Source: an uncultured candidate division Zixibacteria bacterium
Lineage (GTDB): Bacteria; Zixibacteria; MSB-5A5; GN15; FEB-12
Reading direction: 5' to 3'
Length of the DNA: 64,000 bases
Assembly: GCA_963806185.1 (NCBI GenBank)
Contig: CAWDXE010000001.1
Span: 192,001-256,000, forward strand
This document shows, piece by piece, positions 1-9,303 of this stretch (the first letter of the stretch is position 1; each line of letters begins with the position of its first letter). The notes beneath the pieces were generated by a model that worked only from the letters and a program-made list of their open reading frames with translations, had not been told where the DNA came from and made no database searches. A program made the position numbers and the translations under genes.

Positions 1-370
1 CCGGATCGCCGAAATGCACGATATAATACCCCTCGGCCACTACCTTCTTGATGATGTCGTAAATCACCGTCACCAACGGACACGTCGCATCGACGACATT
101 CAGTCCCTTGGCGCGCGCATTCTCGATAACCGCCGGCGCAATCCCGTGGGCCGAAATGATCAATGTCCCACCCTTGACGTCGTCGAGCGAAAACGCCTGC
201 CCGACCCCCTCACTGCGGAACCTTTCCACCACCGCCTCGTTGTGCACGATCTCATTGAGAATCGTCACCGGCTCGGTGGCGGTCTTCGAAGTCTCTTCTG
301 CTATCTGGATTGCCCGTTTCACGCCCATGCAGAAACCGTATGAGCGCGCCACGATGACTTTCTCGAGCAT
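1..370 (-). CDS. ispH: 4-hydroxy-3-methylbut-2-enyl diphosphate reductase (5' part; runs off the window start)
   Basis: Not in the ORF track. Manual translation from ATG 370 gives MLEKVIVARSYGFCMGVKRAI...EIVHNEAVV...IISAHG...DATCPLV, the IspH/LytB GFCxGV, HN, SAHG and DATCPxV motifs. Starts 3 nt after the lipA stop. Confidence 0.95.
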   Translation of the reverse strand, partial: MLEKVIVARSYGFCMGVKRAIQIAEETSKTATEPVTILNEIVHNEAVVERFRSEGVGQAFSLDDVKGGTLIISAHGIAPAVIENARAKGLNVVDATCPLVTVIYDIIKKVVAEGYYIVHFGDP

Positions 371-373
371 CAA

Positions 374-1327
374 CTACTCCAGCAATGCCTGTGATTGATG
401 AAACGCCTTGTAGGAACTACGGACCAGCGGCCCCGACTCGACATGACGATATCCCATCTCCTTGCCGATCCGCGCTAACTCGGCGAATTCTTCGGGACGA
501 TAAAACCGTTCCACCGGAAGATGCGCCAGCGACGGCCGCAGGTACTGACCGATCGTCATAATATCCACTCCCGCCGCATAACACTGGTGCAGGAGTTCTA
601 CGCACTCGTCCATCGTCTCGCCCAGTCCCACCATCATCCCCGTCTTGACCACCGGGCGCGGCCGGTAGTCGTTCATCCACCGCAATACCTGCAGCGAACG
701 GTCCAGCTTGGCGGCGCCGCGCACGCGCTTGTGCAGGCGGCCGACGGTCTCGACATTGTGCGCCAAGACGTCGACGCCGGCATCGAGCACGATTTTCAGG
801 GATTCATACTTACCGGCGAAGTCCGGCACCAGGAATTCGACTTTGACATTTTTATCCTGCCGTCGGAGGAGTTCTATAGTCCGGGCAAATATAGAAGCTC
901 CCCCATCGGGCAGGTCATCTCGTGTTACGCTCGTAATCACAACTTGTTTGAGCTGAAGTTCAGCTACTGCGTCCGCCAGGCGTTGCGGCTCCTCTAAGTC
1001 CAGACCAACCGGCTGTGCCTTAATGACATCACAAAAATTACAGCCGCGCGTGCAATGACTCCCCAGAATCATGAACGTCGCCGTGCCGCCGTCCCAGCAT
1101 TCCCGAATATTCGGGCAGGCTGCCTCCTGGCAGACCGAATGCAGGCCGTTCCCTTTGACGATGCCGCGCACTCGGTTGAAATTCGGTCCGGACGTTGCCG
1201 TGATCTTCATCCACCCCGGCAGCCGCATATGCGGCACCGCCATCCGGTCCTTCACTGTCGGCGCTTTCGGATTCGGCCCGTGCGCACTGGTCTCCCCAAC
1301 TGATTGGGTAAAAAAGACTTTGTTCAT
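374..1327 (-). CDS. lipA: Lipoyl synthase (radical SAM)
   Basis: CQEAACPNIREC (CX4CX5C), CTRGCNFC (CX3CX2C), HNVETV and C-terminal GPLVRSSY motifs. Confidence 0.97.
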   Translation of the reverse strand: MNKVFFTQSVGETSAHGPNPKAPTVKDRMAVPHMRLPGWMKITATSGPNFNRVRGIVKGNGLHSVCQEAACPNIRECWDGGTATFMILGSHCTRGCNFCDVIKAQPVGLDLEEPQRLADAVAELQLKQVVITSVTRDDLPDGGASIFARTIELLRRQDKNVKVEFLVPDFAGKYESLKIVLDAGVDVLAHNVETVGRLHKRVRGAAKLDRSLQVLRWMNDYRPRPVVKTGMMVGLGETMDECVELLHQCYAAGVDIMTIGQYLRPSLAHLPVERFYRPEEFAELARIGKEMGYRHVESGPLVRSSYKAFHQSQALLE

Positions 1328-1332
1328 CTACT

Positions 1333-1950
1333 TTAATATACGTCAGGTATCGGCGTTCTCAAGCAAAAATCGTAAGAAAAATATCGCAGCAACGTAAAAT
1401 CCTGTGTCAGTTCGTTGTGGAACGAAACGGCCAATACGTTGCCCGCTTGCACCGCCACGACTTCATTGCGATAGGTGCCTAATACCTCGACGCCCTTTCC
1501 CACGTGGGCAATCTTGGGAGCCCGGATAAATTCCGCTGGTACGGAATATTTCTGATTATTCAATGTAATGGTCAATTCATCTTCAAACGAGAATATCTGT
1601 CGTCCCCAGCCGTTGCGAATGACATCTATATCAATACAGTCCAATGGTTTAACATTCGCTTGGTTATTGACGATGTTTTTTGCCAGAAGGATCATCCCCG
1701 CGCACGTACCGTAGACCGGTTTTGTCCGACAGAACTTCGTCAACGGCTCACGAAGCCCAAACCGATCAATCAACTTGTCCATCGTAGTGGACTCGCCACC
1801 CGGCAGAACCAGCGCATCGACTTGAAGCAGGTCGGACGGGAGTTTGACCAGACGGCAGTCGACCTGTAGTTCGGTGAGTTGCCTGACATGTTGTTCGAAA
1901 TCCCCTTGAAGTGCCAGGACACCGACTCGGGGGGTAACCTGAGATTTCAT
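1333..1950 (-). CDS. pdxT: Pyridoxal 5'-phosphate synthase glutaminase subunit
   Basis: GVLALQGDF, PGGEST, GTCAGMILL, FIRAP, FHNE. Cys-His-Glu triad intact; the usual FHPE has P>N. Confidence 0.95.
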   Translation of the reverse strand: MKSQVTPRVGVLALQGDFEQHVRQLTELQVDCRLVKLPSDLLQVDALVLPGGESTTMDKLIDRFGLREPLTKFCRTKPVYGTCAGMILLAKNIVNNQANVKPLDCIDIDVIRNGWGRQIFSFEDELTITLNNQKYSVPAEFIRAPKIAHVGKGVEVLGTYRNEVVAVQAGNVLAVSFHNELTQDFTLLRYFSYDFCLRTPIPDVY

Positions 1951-2050
1951 ACCCGCTTAAACACTTATGGTCCGCTTTATGTGCCGGAGAATATAGGGAA
2001 TTGGTGGGCTGGGGGAAATGCCATATATCGGCAGCTATTTCAATTTGCCA

Positions 2051-2345
2051 TCGTCAATCTGAGCCCCATTAGATTGTCATTCTGGGCCGAAGGCCCAGAA
2101 TCCATGGGGTCGCTTCTCGTCTGCGCTCGAAGCGGCGGTCTGCGCGTGGTCATTCAATGGTTGGCGTACGTCCCGTGCGCCAACCAACCTGCACTCCCCC
2201 CTCTGTCATTCCGGGCCCCCGGCCCGGAACCCATGGGTCGCGACCAGCTCTCAGCTAACACCCACATCACCCGCAAAGCGTCGCCCTGAGCGGAGCCGAA
2301 GGGCGACCGTCTTACGGGGGCCTCAAATGCCGTTCGCCCGTACGC
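2051..2345. repeat. REP-like palindrome cluster 1
   Basis: TGTCATTCTGGGCCGAAGGCCCAGAATC (2075-2102), GTTGGCGTACGTCCCGTGCGCCAAC, a TGTCATTCCGGGCC..GGCCCGGAA variant and GTCGCCCTGAGCGGAGCCGAAGGG. All recur at 5.3, 6.5, 7.8 or 15.2-15.4 kb. Confidence 0.85.
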
Positions 2346-2369
2346 CGCAGGAACGGCCCCAGATACGCA

Positions 2370-2397
2370 TTGACATTTTCCGATTATGGACTATGTT
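2370..2397 (+). promoter_or_regulatory. Possible sigma70-type promoter for the beta-propeller gene
   Basis: TTGACA (2370-2375)-N16-TATGTT (2392-2397). It overlaps the ORF-track ATG at 2386, arguing for a downstream start. Confidence 0.4.
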
Positions 2398-2436
2398 GTT
2401 GACAGAAACGTTCTCTGCCTGAAACTGGAATTGACA

Positions 2437-3960
2437 GTGAGACTGCTTCTTCTCGTAATTCGATCGGCCGTAATCACGACTCTTCTTTATCTTTCAGCAA
2501 TTGCACAAACCTCCAACCCCGCTGATTGGACTACACGCTCATACAACGCCCAGCACATCGGGTACAATCCGGCCGTCACCGTTTCCTTCCCTCTCTCACT
2601 CCAGTGGAAGAAACAAATGCCGCAGGACGGCTGGGTAGCGTATCAGACCTCGACTATCGGAGACATCGTGCTCCTGTCGTCCTCCTTCTGGAACTGGCGA
2701 GATGGCACATATCGCGCTGGACAGGTGCTCTGTTGTAATGCCCTCACCGGCGATACCATCTGGAATCGCTGGTTTCTAGGCCTATATTACTTCAATCAGC
2801 CGACAGTCGCTGGCGATACAATATTCGTGCGTTGCGAACTATATGAGTCAATGTGGGCTTATGTCGAGGCACTCACGCTGGATAGCTGCCAGTCTATATG
2901 GGCGAGCGGATGGAACTCGCAGGGCAATGGTTTCCTTCCCCCAATCGTCTATGACGGATCTGTTTCAGCGTCTGGCGGCTACTACGGCGGCTTACACTGC
3001 TGGAATCGCTTTACGGGGCAGTCGCAGTGGTGGCAGGGGACGTTACAATACGATTGGTGGACTCCATCTGCCTACCTAGATCGAGTTTACACCTACATAC
3101 AAAACAGTCTGCTGATCAGGGACCGGGCTACGGGGGTGTTACTGGGCGCGATCGGCGCCCCTAACCCCGGACAGCCGCCATATTGGTCGATGTACGCCGC
3201 GCCAATCATCGACACGACTACCATGCGCGCCTACGTGGCGAACGAGAATTGGCTATGCGCGGTGAGCTTAGTTGACAGTACGCTGTACTGGCAGCGAGAG
3301 GGTCAATACGGACGCATCGGGGATAACTTGTCGGGGGGTATCACGCCGGCACTCGCTTACGGCTATATCTACACGGTAGACTCGGATAATCTAGTAGTAC
3401 TCGATACAGCTGACGGGTCGACTGCGTGGCAGTTTGATAAGCGAAGTGCATCCGAACCGCTCAACTATTCCCCTATTGTGGCCGACCATTACGTCTTCGT
3501 TGCTTCTGACTCCGCCACCTATGCCTTGGACGTCAATACGCACGAGATGGTTTGGTCCGCGCCCATCGGCGGGGAATTGAGCATTGGCCGCCATGGCCTA
3601 TATATCTCGAGCAACACTGGCTGGTACGCCGCCTACGGCGGCATCACCACCGACGTCGCCGACCAACCCGACGATATCCTCCCCTCTGACCTAACCCTCA
3701 CCAACTATCCCAACCCCTTCAACGCCTCCACCGTCATCAACTACTCTCTCCCGACTGCAGGCCGTGTCCAAATCGATATCTTCAACTCCCTCGGCCAGAG
3801 AGTCCGGCGCCTTCTCAATTCCGATGAATCCACAGGCGATCACTCAATCACTTGGAATGGACAGGACGCGCAGGGCAACGACCTTGCCTCCGGAAGTTAT
3901 CTCTGTCGGGTGAAAACCGCTGATGCGACAGCCACGCGAAAGCTCCTCCTCCTTCGCTGA
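2437..3960 (+). CDS. Secreted PQQ/BamB-like beta-propeller protein with C-terminal FlgD-Ig / T9SS type-A-like sorting domain
   Basis: Hydrophobic signal peptide; repeated 'xAxTGxxxW' blade motifs (NALTGDTIW, DTADGSTAWQF, DVNTHEMVW); C-terminal NYPNPFNASTVINYSLP...IFNSLGQRVRRL...WNG...LASGSYLCR...KLLLLR. Start placed at GTG 2437 (ORF track gives 2386). Confidence 0.85.
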   Translation: MRLLLLVIRSAVITTLLYLSAIAQTSNPADWTTRSYNAQHIGYNPAVTVSFPLSLQWKKQMPQDGWVAYQTSTIGDIVLLSSSFWNWRDGTYRAGQVLCCNALTGDTIWNRWFLGLYYFNQPTVAGDTIFVRCELYESMWAYVEALTLDSCQSIWASGWNSQGNGFLPPIVYDGSVSASGGYYGGLHCWNRFTGQSQWWQGTLQYDWWTPSAYLDRVYTYIQNSLLIRDRATGVLLGAIGAPNPGQPPYWSMYAAPIIDTTTMRAYVANENWLCAVSLVDSTLYWQREGQYGRIGDNLSGGITPALAYGYIYTVDSDNLVVLDTADGSTAWQFDKRSASEPLNYSPIVADHYVFVASDSATYALDVNTHEMVWSAPIGGELSIGRHGLYISSNTGWYAAYGGITTDVADQPDDILPSDLTLTNYPNPFNASTVINYSLPTAGRVQIDIFNSLGQRVRRLLNSDESTGDHSITWNGQDAQGNDLASGSYLCRVKTADATATRKLLLLR

Positions 3961-4008
3961 CATACCCGCTCGTGCCCCCCTGCCTCTTCACCCCTCCCCG
4001 AATTACCA

Positions 4009-5067
4009 TCACTCCACCCAACACGGAAAATCTGTTACCTCAGACACCGTACCGTCAGTCAAGTTGATCTCTGACCGCAGGCATTTGTTTGCCTTTTCAT
4101 CTATCGTGCCCCACAGTTCCATCGTCAGATCGCCTTGGTAGGAAAGGCGCAGACCCCGGTTGACGTCAAACCCCAGCAACGGTGACGCACTCTCTACTGC
4201 TTTGATCACCTGGTCACGTGAGATGATGTGATCTACCGACCGAAGTTCTGGCACTGCGAAGTCACGGTACGCCAGGAGCTCTGGCGGCAACGCTGCGTTG
4301 AACGTCTCGAATGACTTTTCGTACGCCGACGTGTCCATCACGTCGCATAGCCGGTGTACGCCGTCGGAAATGAGCAACTCATTCATGAGTTCAATTCTCG
4401 CCCAATCGACGTGATAGTAGAAGTTGACTATAAAGTACTCGCAATGAAAGCTGTCTCGATCTAGTTCGCGAGTATAGGCGCTGAGAACCCTGACATGAGA
4501 GTCGAAATACTCCTCCGTCATGCCGTTCCTTGCCATGAGCAGTGCTCTCCACAAGGGAAGATAGGTCTTCGGTGCGTCGACCGAGAATACCGGGATCTCA
4601 TAGTCCCCGAATGGCACCAGAAAGAATGCCTTGGCAAGATTTGGCAATGAATCGTTCCCCCAGTAGACCGCCGGGGTCGTCTTGGCCATATGCGCCTGCG
4701 CGAACAACCCGCCGGTCATCGGTGATACGCACACTTCGTACGCAAACGTCGGATACCCCATCGACACCACCATCTTCGCCCCTCTCCCTTGCAGACAGAC
4801 CGGCTCGATTGTGCGGAATGGATGTTTCCCCACGTCCGTGCTGTCGCCCGTGCATAGCAGAGCTGCCAGAGTAGGGTCCTTCTCGAGTAGCTTGTCGAAC
4901 GTGGTGGTTATCTTCGATGGGATCGCAACCACCCCCGAGCTGTCACCGCGCTGATACTTGAAATTGCGCTTCGGACCTTCCCTGCCCTCTGCCTTCCCTT
5001 CCCCCTGGGCCATGACAACGCCAGCCAGCGACGTCGTCACCAGTACGATTCGAATGAGTGTATTCAT
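4009..5067 (-). CDS. Hypothetical secreted protein
   Basis: ~350-aa ORF, ATG 5067 preceded by GGAG, signal peptide MNTLIRIVLVTTSLAGVVMA. No family recognised. Confidence 0.7.
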   Translation of the reverse strand: MNTLIRIVLVTTSLAGVVMAQGEGKAEGREGPKRNFKYQRGDSSGVVAIPSKITTTFDKLLEKDPTLAALLCTGDSTDVGKHPFRTIEPVCLQGRGAKMVVSMGYPTFAYEVCVSPMTGGLFAQAHMAKTTPAVYWGNDSLPNLAKAFFLVPFGDYEIPVFSVDAPKTYLPLWRALLMARNGMTEEYFDSHVRVLSAYTRELDRDSFHCEYFIVNFYYHVDWARIELMNELLISDGVHRLCDVMDTSAYEKSFETFNAALPPELLAYRDFAVPELRSVDHIISRDQVIKAVESASPLLGFDVNRGLRLSYQGDLTMELWGTIDEKANKCLRSEINLTDGTVSEVTDFPCWVE

Positions 5068-5254
5068 AGGCTCCAAACCTGATGCTCGCCGGACATACTC
5101 ACGACACCCGCCACGGATTGCAGCAGGCTGCGAGTGATTCGGCTACACAACGATAATGGCGATTGTGCTCGAGTACAATGGAGTTCGAGTACAATAATAT
5201 GACGTGAAACGTCCCGTCCCGGTGTAATTGAAAGACGAACCCGGTCGCCGCGGA

Positions 5255-5610
5255 TTGTCATCCTGAGCCCGCTAGATTGTCATTCTGGGCCGAAGGCCCA
5301 GAATCTCGTCGTCCACTGAATCTCCCCCTCTGTCATTCCGGGCCGAAGGCCCGGAATCCATGGGGTCGCTTCTCGTCTGCGCTCGAAGCGGCGGTCTGCG
5401 CGTGGTCATTGTCAGATGAGGCGAATTGGGGAGGTCGTGGTGGACGGCGCGGGATTTGAGGTTGCTTCGTCCCCTTCGGCTCCGCTCAGGGTCCTCGCAA
5501 TGAGTAGAACTCGTGCGGTGTCAGGCACGGGGGCCTGACACCACGTATTCACCCACATCGCTCGCAAATCCCCCCCCGCGCAGCGTCGCCCTGAGCGGCG
5601 TTGAACCTCG
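5255..5610. repeat. REP-like palindrome cluster 2
   Basis: Two TGTCATTCYGGGCCGAAGGCCCRGAATC copies (5278-5305, 5331-5358). 5331-5410 repeats 2075-2154; 5453-5506 is an inverted copy of 15213-15266; 5511-5549 is identical to 6438-6476. Confidence 0.88.
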
Positions 5611-5628
5611 ATCGCTAGACGATCGCCC

Positions 5629-6258
5629 CTAACTCCCCAAGAGGAGCCTTCGCTTGTGCTTTACGTGGAATCTCACGTGCTTGGTCTCTCGCGCAATCTC
5701 ATTCCCGCTCGCTCTGTTCAGGAGTCGTGCAAAGAGCTCCACTGATAGTAACGAATCGGTACAAGCTTCTGGCAGTTTGAATGCGTTTCGGGTGATGTAT
5801 CCGCCGGGAACTAGTCTCTTGTGGAAGTAATAGAGGTCGTCGTCATGTATGGGTCTTATGGCCTCTGCTCTTCCCCGTGTATAAGACTCGCGCCGCAATC
5901 GCCTTTCGTATCCGCCCAACTTCTGAGTCCGATACAGATGGCGCTATCCATGCAATGCCCCAGGACGCAGAGGCTGTCTATAACCAGATGGGCAGGGTAT
6001 CAAGTGAGTTGGTATCGACCGCTTCGCCCAGGAAGGCCGGGTTGAAGTCAATTTCGTACGAGGCGACGCGAGTCCCTTAATGTCGAGTTGATACGTGCCG
6101 AACAGAACAACTGGCCGTTCTGACGCTTCCGGGCTGAAGTCTCGCCAAGTCATAGATCTGCAACCTGCACAAAGTGCGATAGTAACAACTGCAGATACGA
6201 CAACCATCGCAGCAACAAGAGAGTGTTGCCGCATCATGAAATTGGATTGTTTCTTCAT
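5629..6258 (-). pseudogene. Putative lipoprotein broken by several frameshifts (pseudogene or sequencing error)
   Basis: N-terminal lipoprotein signal (...VVTIALCAGC). A protein-like reading continues only by changing frame (..SYEIDFNPAFLGEAVDTNSLDTLP / IDSLCVLGHCMDSAIC / ..YFHKRLVPGGY..KRRLLLGS stop 5629). Confidence 0.55.
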
Positions 6259-6319
6259 CTACCTCTTAGTATACGTTCCTTTGGTCTTCTTTCCTAGTTT
6301 TTTCGCTGTTTGTCCAGAG

Positions 6320-6925
6320 TACTTTGACATTGCTCAGGGTGACGATTTCGAGGGTGGTGGACACTGAGGTCCTGAACCTTTAAGAAAAGGTTCAGGATGA
6401 CGAGGTGAAAGGAAGCGCGCCTCGCAATGGCCAGAATTCGTGCGGTGTCAGGCACGGGGGCCTGACACCACGTATTTGCGCTTACTTCGTCCTTCGACTG
6501 CGCTCAGGACGACGATTTCGAGGGCGGTGGAGTGATGCGGGGATGGTCGATCTGTGAGTGACGCGAGGTTTGAGATTGCCACGGCGCGAAGCGCTCCTCG
6601 CAATGGCGAGATCGAGAGTGCGGTGGACGAGGAGATCCTGAATCATAAGAATGCTTCAGGATGACGAGGAGTTGGAAGCGCGACTCGCAGTGACAGGAGG
6701 GGGAGAGAAGCGCGCCTTGCAATGGCGGGAAGGGGATTGTTCATATGTCCAGGCAAATGAGTCCTTACTACGCGCCCTTCGACTCCGCTCAGGACGACGA
6801 TGCCGAGGACGGCGGTGTGGAGCGGGGATGGTCGATCTGTGAGTGACGTGAGACTTGAGATTGCCACGGCTCGTAGCGAGCCTCGCAATGACGGGGAGGG
6901 AGAGAAGGGCCCTCGCGATGAGTTT
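6320..6925. repeat. REP-like palindrome cluster 3
   Basis: CCTTCGACTSCGCTCAGGACGACG twice, GGGGATGGTCGATCTGTGAGTGACG..GAGATTGCCACGGC..CCTCGCAATG twice, TCCTGAA..TTCAGGATGACGAGG twice, and GTGTCAGGCACGGGGGCCTGACAC. Confidence 0.88.
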
Positions 6926-6945
6926 CAACGAGAATCGCGCGAGGA

Positions 6946-7326
6946 TCAATCGGGGATGAGGAGAAAATTGACGTTGCCGACATTGGCATTGCGCGTCGGC
7001 GACGAAATTGTTCGCACCTGCGATTTGTAGCCGTGCTTGCGACAAGTCAAGTAGTACGGGCCGATTCCCTCGGTGTCAAAACGGAATTTCCCTTTGCTGT
7101 CGGTGTAGAGGAGCGGGAGGCGAAACGTGTCGAGCGGATATTTCAGGAAGTAGTCGATCTGCGCCGAGTCGATGGCGTATCCGTGCACGGAATCAGTGAC
7201 AGTTCCTGACCAGATCACGCCCCATGAGGGGTCAGCCTCGTGGTCGCAGCCTGCAAAGGAATGCACAAGGAGAGCGATCGCGAGAAGCATAACGAGCCGC
7301 ACAATGTGATATTTATTTTGGCGCAT
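6946..7326 (-). CDS. Small lipoprotein with carboxypeptidase-regulatory-like (Ig/prealbumin-like) domain
   Basis: Lipobox SFAGC; SGTVTDS..GYAIDSAQI...YTDSKGKFRF...LTCRKHGYKSQ...VNFLL pattern; GAAGGA upstream of ATG 7326. Confidence 0.75.
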   Translation of the reverse strand: MRQNKYHIVRLVMLLAIALLVHSFAGCDHEADPSWGVIWSGTVTDSVHGYAIDSAQIDYFLKYPLDTFRLPLLYTDSKGKFRFDTEGIGPYYLTCRKHGYKSQVRTISSPTRNANVGNVNFLLIPD

Positions 7327-7619
7327 GGGGTAGTGTCCTTCGTGAATGCACAATAATGAGTCGAGGGCGCACGGTCAAGTGGGGAGATGAAGGAGCGGGG
7401 TTGTCATGTATTTGTTGGTGCAAGGTGTATGTCAAGATTTTCAGAGTGTATGTCAAACATCACACGAGGGTGGCAACACGGAAAGCGTCGATACCTGCCT
7501 GTCGAAAAACGACAGAGCACAACGCGAGTAGCTTCATAGTGAAAAAAAACGGGCGCGGGCGAAGCGGCAGCGGCTCAGTTTCTGGGTGATGATGCAGGCG
7601 GGTCCATGGGAAATGCTCC

Positions 7620-8110
7620 TCAAGATACCCCACCGCAAGACGGTGGGGTACGGAATGGTTGTTGGACAGTGTGTCCTCTATATAAGGGCCCCGATCCGCA
7701 TACTGTAGCGATTTGGTAGTGCAAGGGAATGCAGTGGTGGTGCACGAGATATTTCACAGCCATGGCAAGCCCCTACTGCTCGCCCTTCGACTGCGCTCAG
7801 GACGACGTTCCGAAGCCGATGGAGTGGTACGGGGATGGTCGATCTGTGAGTGACGTGAGATTTGAGATTGCCACGGCGCGAAACGCGCCTCGCAATGACG
7901 AGATCGAGTATGCGGTGGACGACGAGATTCTGGGCCTTCGGCCCAGAATGACAATTGAGGGGACCCGGAATGACAATTGTCGTTTGTTATCTGCATTAGG
8001 GGAATCTCAAGAGCCCAAGCCCGGTCCAATTGACGAGGCTTGGGCCCTTGAAATCTGCCATCATCCCCCCTTCTTCCCTCTCCCTCCGGAAGAGGGCCAG
8101 GGTGAGGGCC
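7620..8110. repeat. REP-like palindrome cluster 4
   Basis: 7781-7925 repeats 6491-6635 and 6773-6893; inverted GATTCTGGGCCTTCGGCCCAGAATGACA at ~7926-7953; CCCTCTCCCTCCGGAAGAGGG..GGTGAGGG hairpin at ~8076-8108, similar to ~15705-15738. Confidence 0.82.
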
Positions 8111-8129
8111 GCCAGGGCACCTCTTTCAC

Positions 8130-8162
8130 AAAAAAAGCCGCCAGGCGTTTCCACCTGACGGT
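8130..8162 (-). terminator. Rho-independent terminator after pdxS
   Basis: Minus strand CCGTCAGG-TGGAAACG-CCTGGCGG-CTTTTTTT. Confidence 0.7.
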
Positions 8163-8187
8163 ATGATAAATCTCTACTCTTCGCGCT

Positions 8188-9081
8188 CTACCGCGTCTGC
8201 AACTGATGCTCCGTCGGAATCGACTCCGCCGCGATCCCCTTCATCGGCTCACCCAGTCCGTGCGAATGCTCGGCAATGATCGCGTAATCCTGCCAGTGCG
8301 TCGTCGCAGCGACAATCGCCTTCGCCCGCTTCTCCGGATTGCTCGACTTGAAAATACCGCACCCCACAAAGACCGCCTCGGCGCCCAGATGCATGCACAG
8401 CGAGGCATCGGCCGGCGTCGCCACACCACCCGCCGCAAAATTCGGCACCGGCAGCTTGCCGGTCTTGGCGACTATCTGCACCAGCTCGAGCGGGACGCGA
8501 TGTTCCTTCGCGCATCCGTACAGCTCTTCCGTTGCGTCATGACCGTTAACGAACGCATCACCGACGTGATCTCGCGAAGATGCTTCACCGCCTGCGAAAC
8601 GTCACCCGTGCCGGCCTCGCCCTTGGTGCGAATCATCGCCGCGCCTTCGCTGATGCGACGCAGTGCCTCGCCCAGATTGCGGCAGCCGCAGACGAACGGC
8701 ACCTTGAATTCCCACTTGTCGACATGGTACTTGTTGTCGGCCGGCGTGAGTACTTCGGATTCGTCGATGAAATCGATTTCCATCGATTCCAGCACACGCG
8801 CCTCGACAATATGCCCGATACGGCACTTGGCCATCACCGGGATGGTAACTGTTCGCTTGATCTTCTCGATGACATCCAGGTCGGCCATCCGGGCGACGCC
8901 CCCTTCGGCGCGAATGTCCGATGGTACTCGTTCGAGCGCCATGACGCTGGCGGCCCCCGCCTGCTCGGCGATCTTCGCCTGCTCGGCGTTGGTGACGTCC
9001 ATGATGACGCCTCCCTTGAGCATCTCGGCCAAGTCCGATTTTTACCCGGTGCCTTTTATCTTCGAATTTTGTCGTCCACAT
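8188..9081 (-). pseudogene. pdxS: Pyridoxal 5'-phosphate synthase lyase subunit PdxS, split by two frameshifts (probably sequencing indels)
   Basis: RVKIGL / [34 protein letters not shown] / [33 protein letters not shown] lie in three segments, with shifts near 9033 and 8531. AAGGAG precedes ATG 9081. Confidence 0.9.
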
Positions 9082-9259
9082 GGGGTTCCAGCTCCTTATC
9101 ACTCTTTCACCATCTTGAACGCGCGAATCGGCGGTTCAGTTGCCGAAAATCTCCTGCCTGGATAACCTGTCTTGAGGAAACGGCCGAGATCGCGCGGGCA
9201 ATCACATAATATACTACATGCGTCCAGCATGGACAACCCGTGTTGCCCCGTTCACCAAT

Positions 9260-9287
9260 AAAAAAACCCGCCTGTGCGGCGGGTTTT
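9260..9287. terminator. Bidirectional-type terminator after the rrf2 gene
   Basis: AAAAAACCCGCC-TGTGC-GGCGGGTTTT hairpin with A/T tails on both sides. Confidence 0.75.
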
Positions 9288-9303
9288 ACGGGCAAAGCAT
9301 GCC

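Noticed and set aside
6504..7045. Several short overlapping ORFs with recurring peptides such as RHCEAR and SFWAEGPES (also 1879-2289, 7729-8166, 15163-15698)
   Set aside because: They are translations of the palindromic repeats, not genes.
2051..8110. CRISPR array or integron interpretation of the repeats
   Set aside because: Repeats are heterogeneous and irregularly spaced, with no uniform unique spacers, cas genes, integrase or RYYYAAC/GTTRRRY ends.
8525..8540. Programmed ribosomal frameshift in pdxS
   Set aside because: No slippery sequence, and a second opposing shift near 9033 plus other nearby indels points to sequence error.
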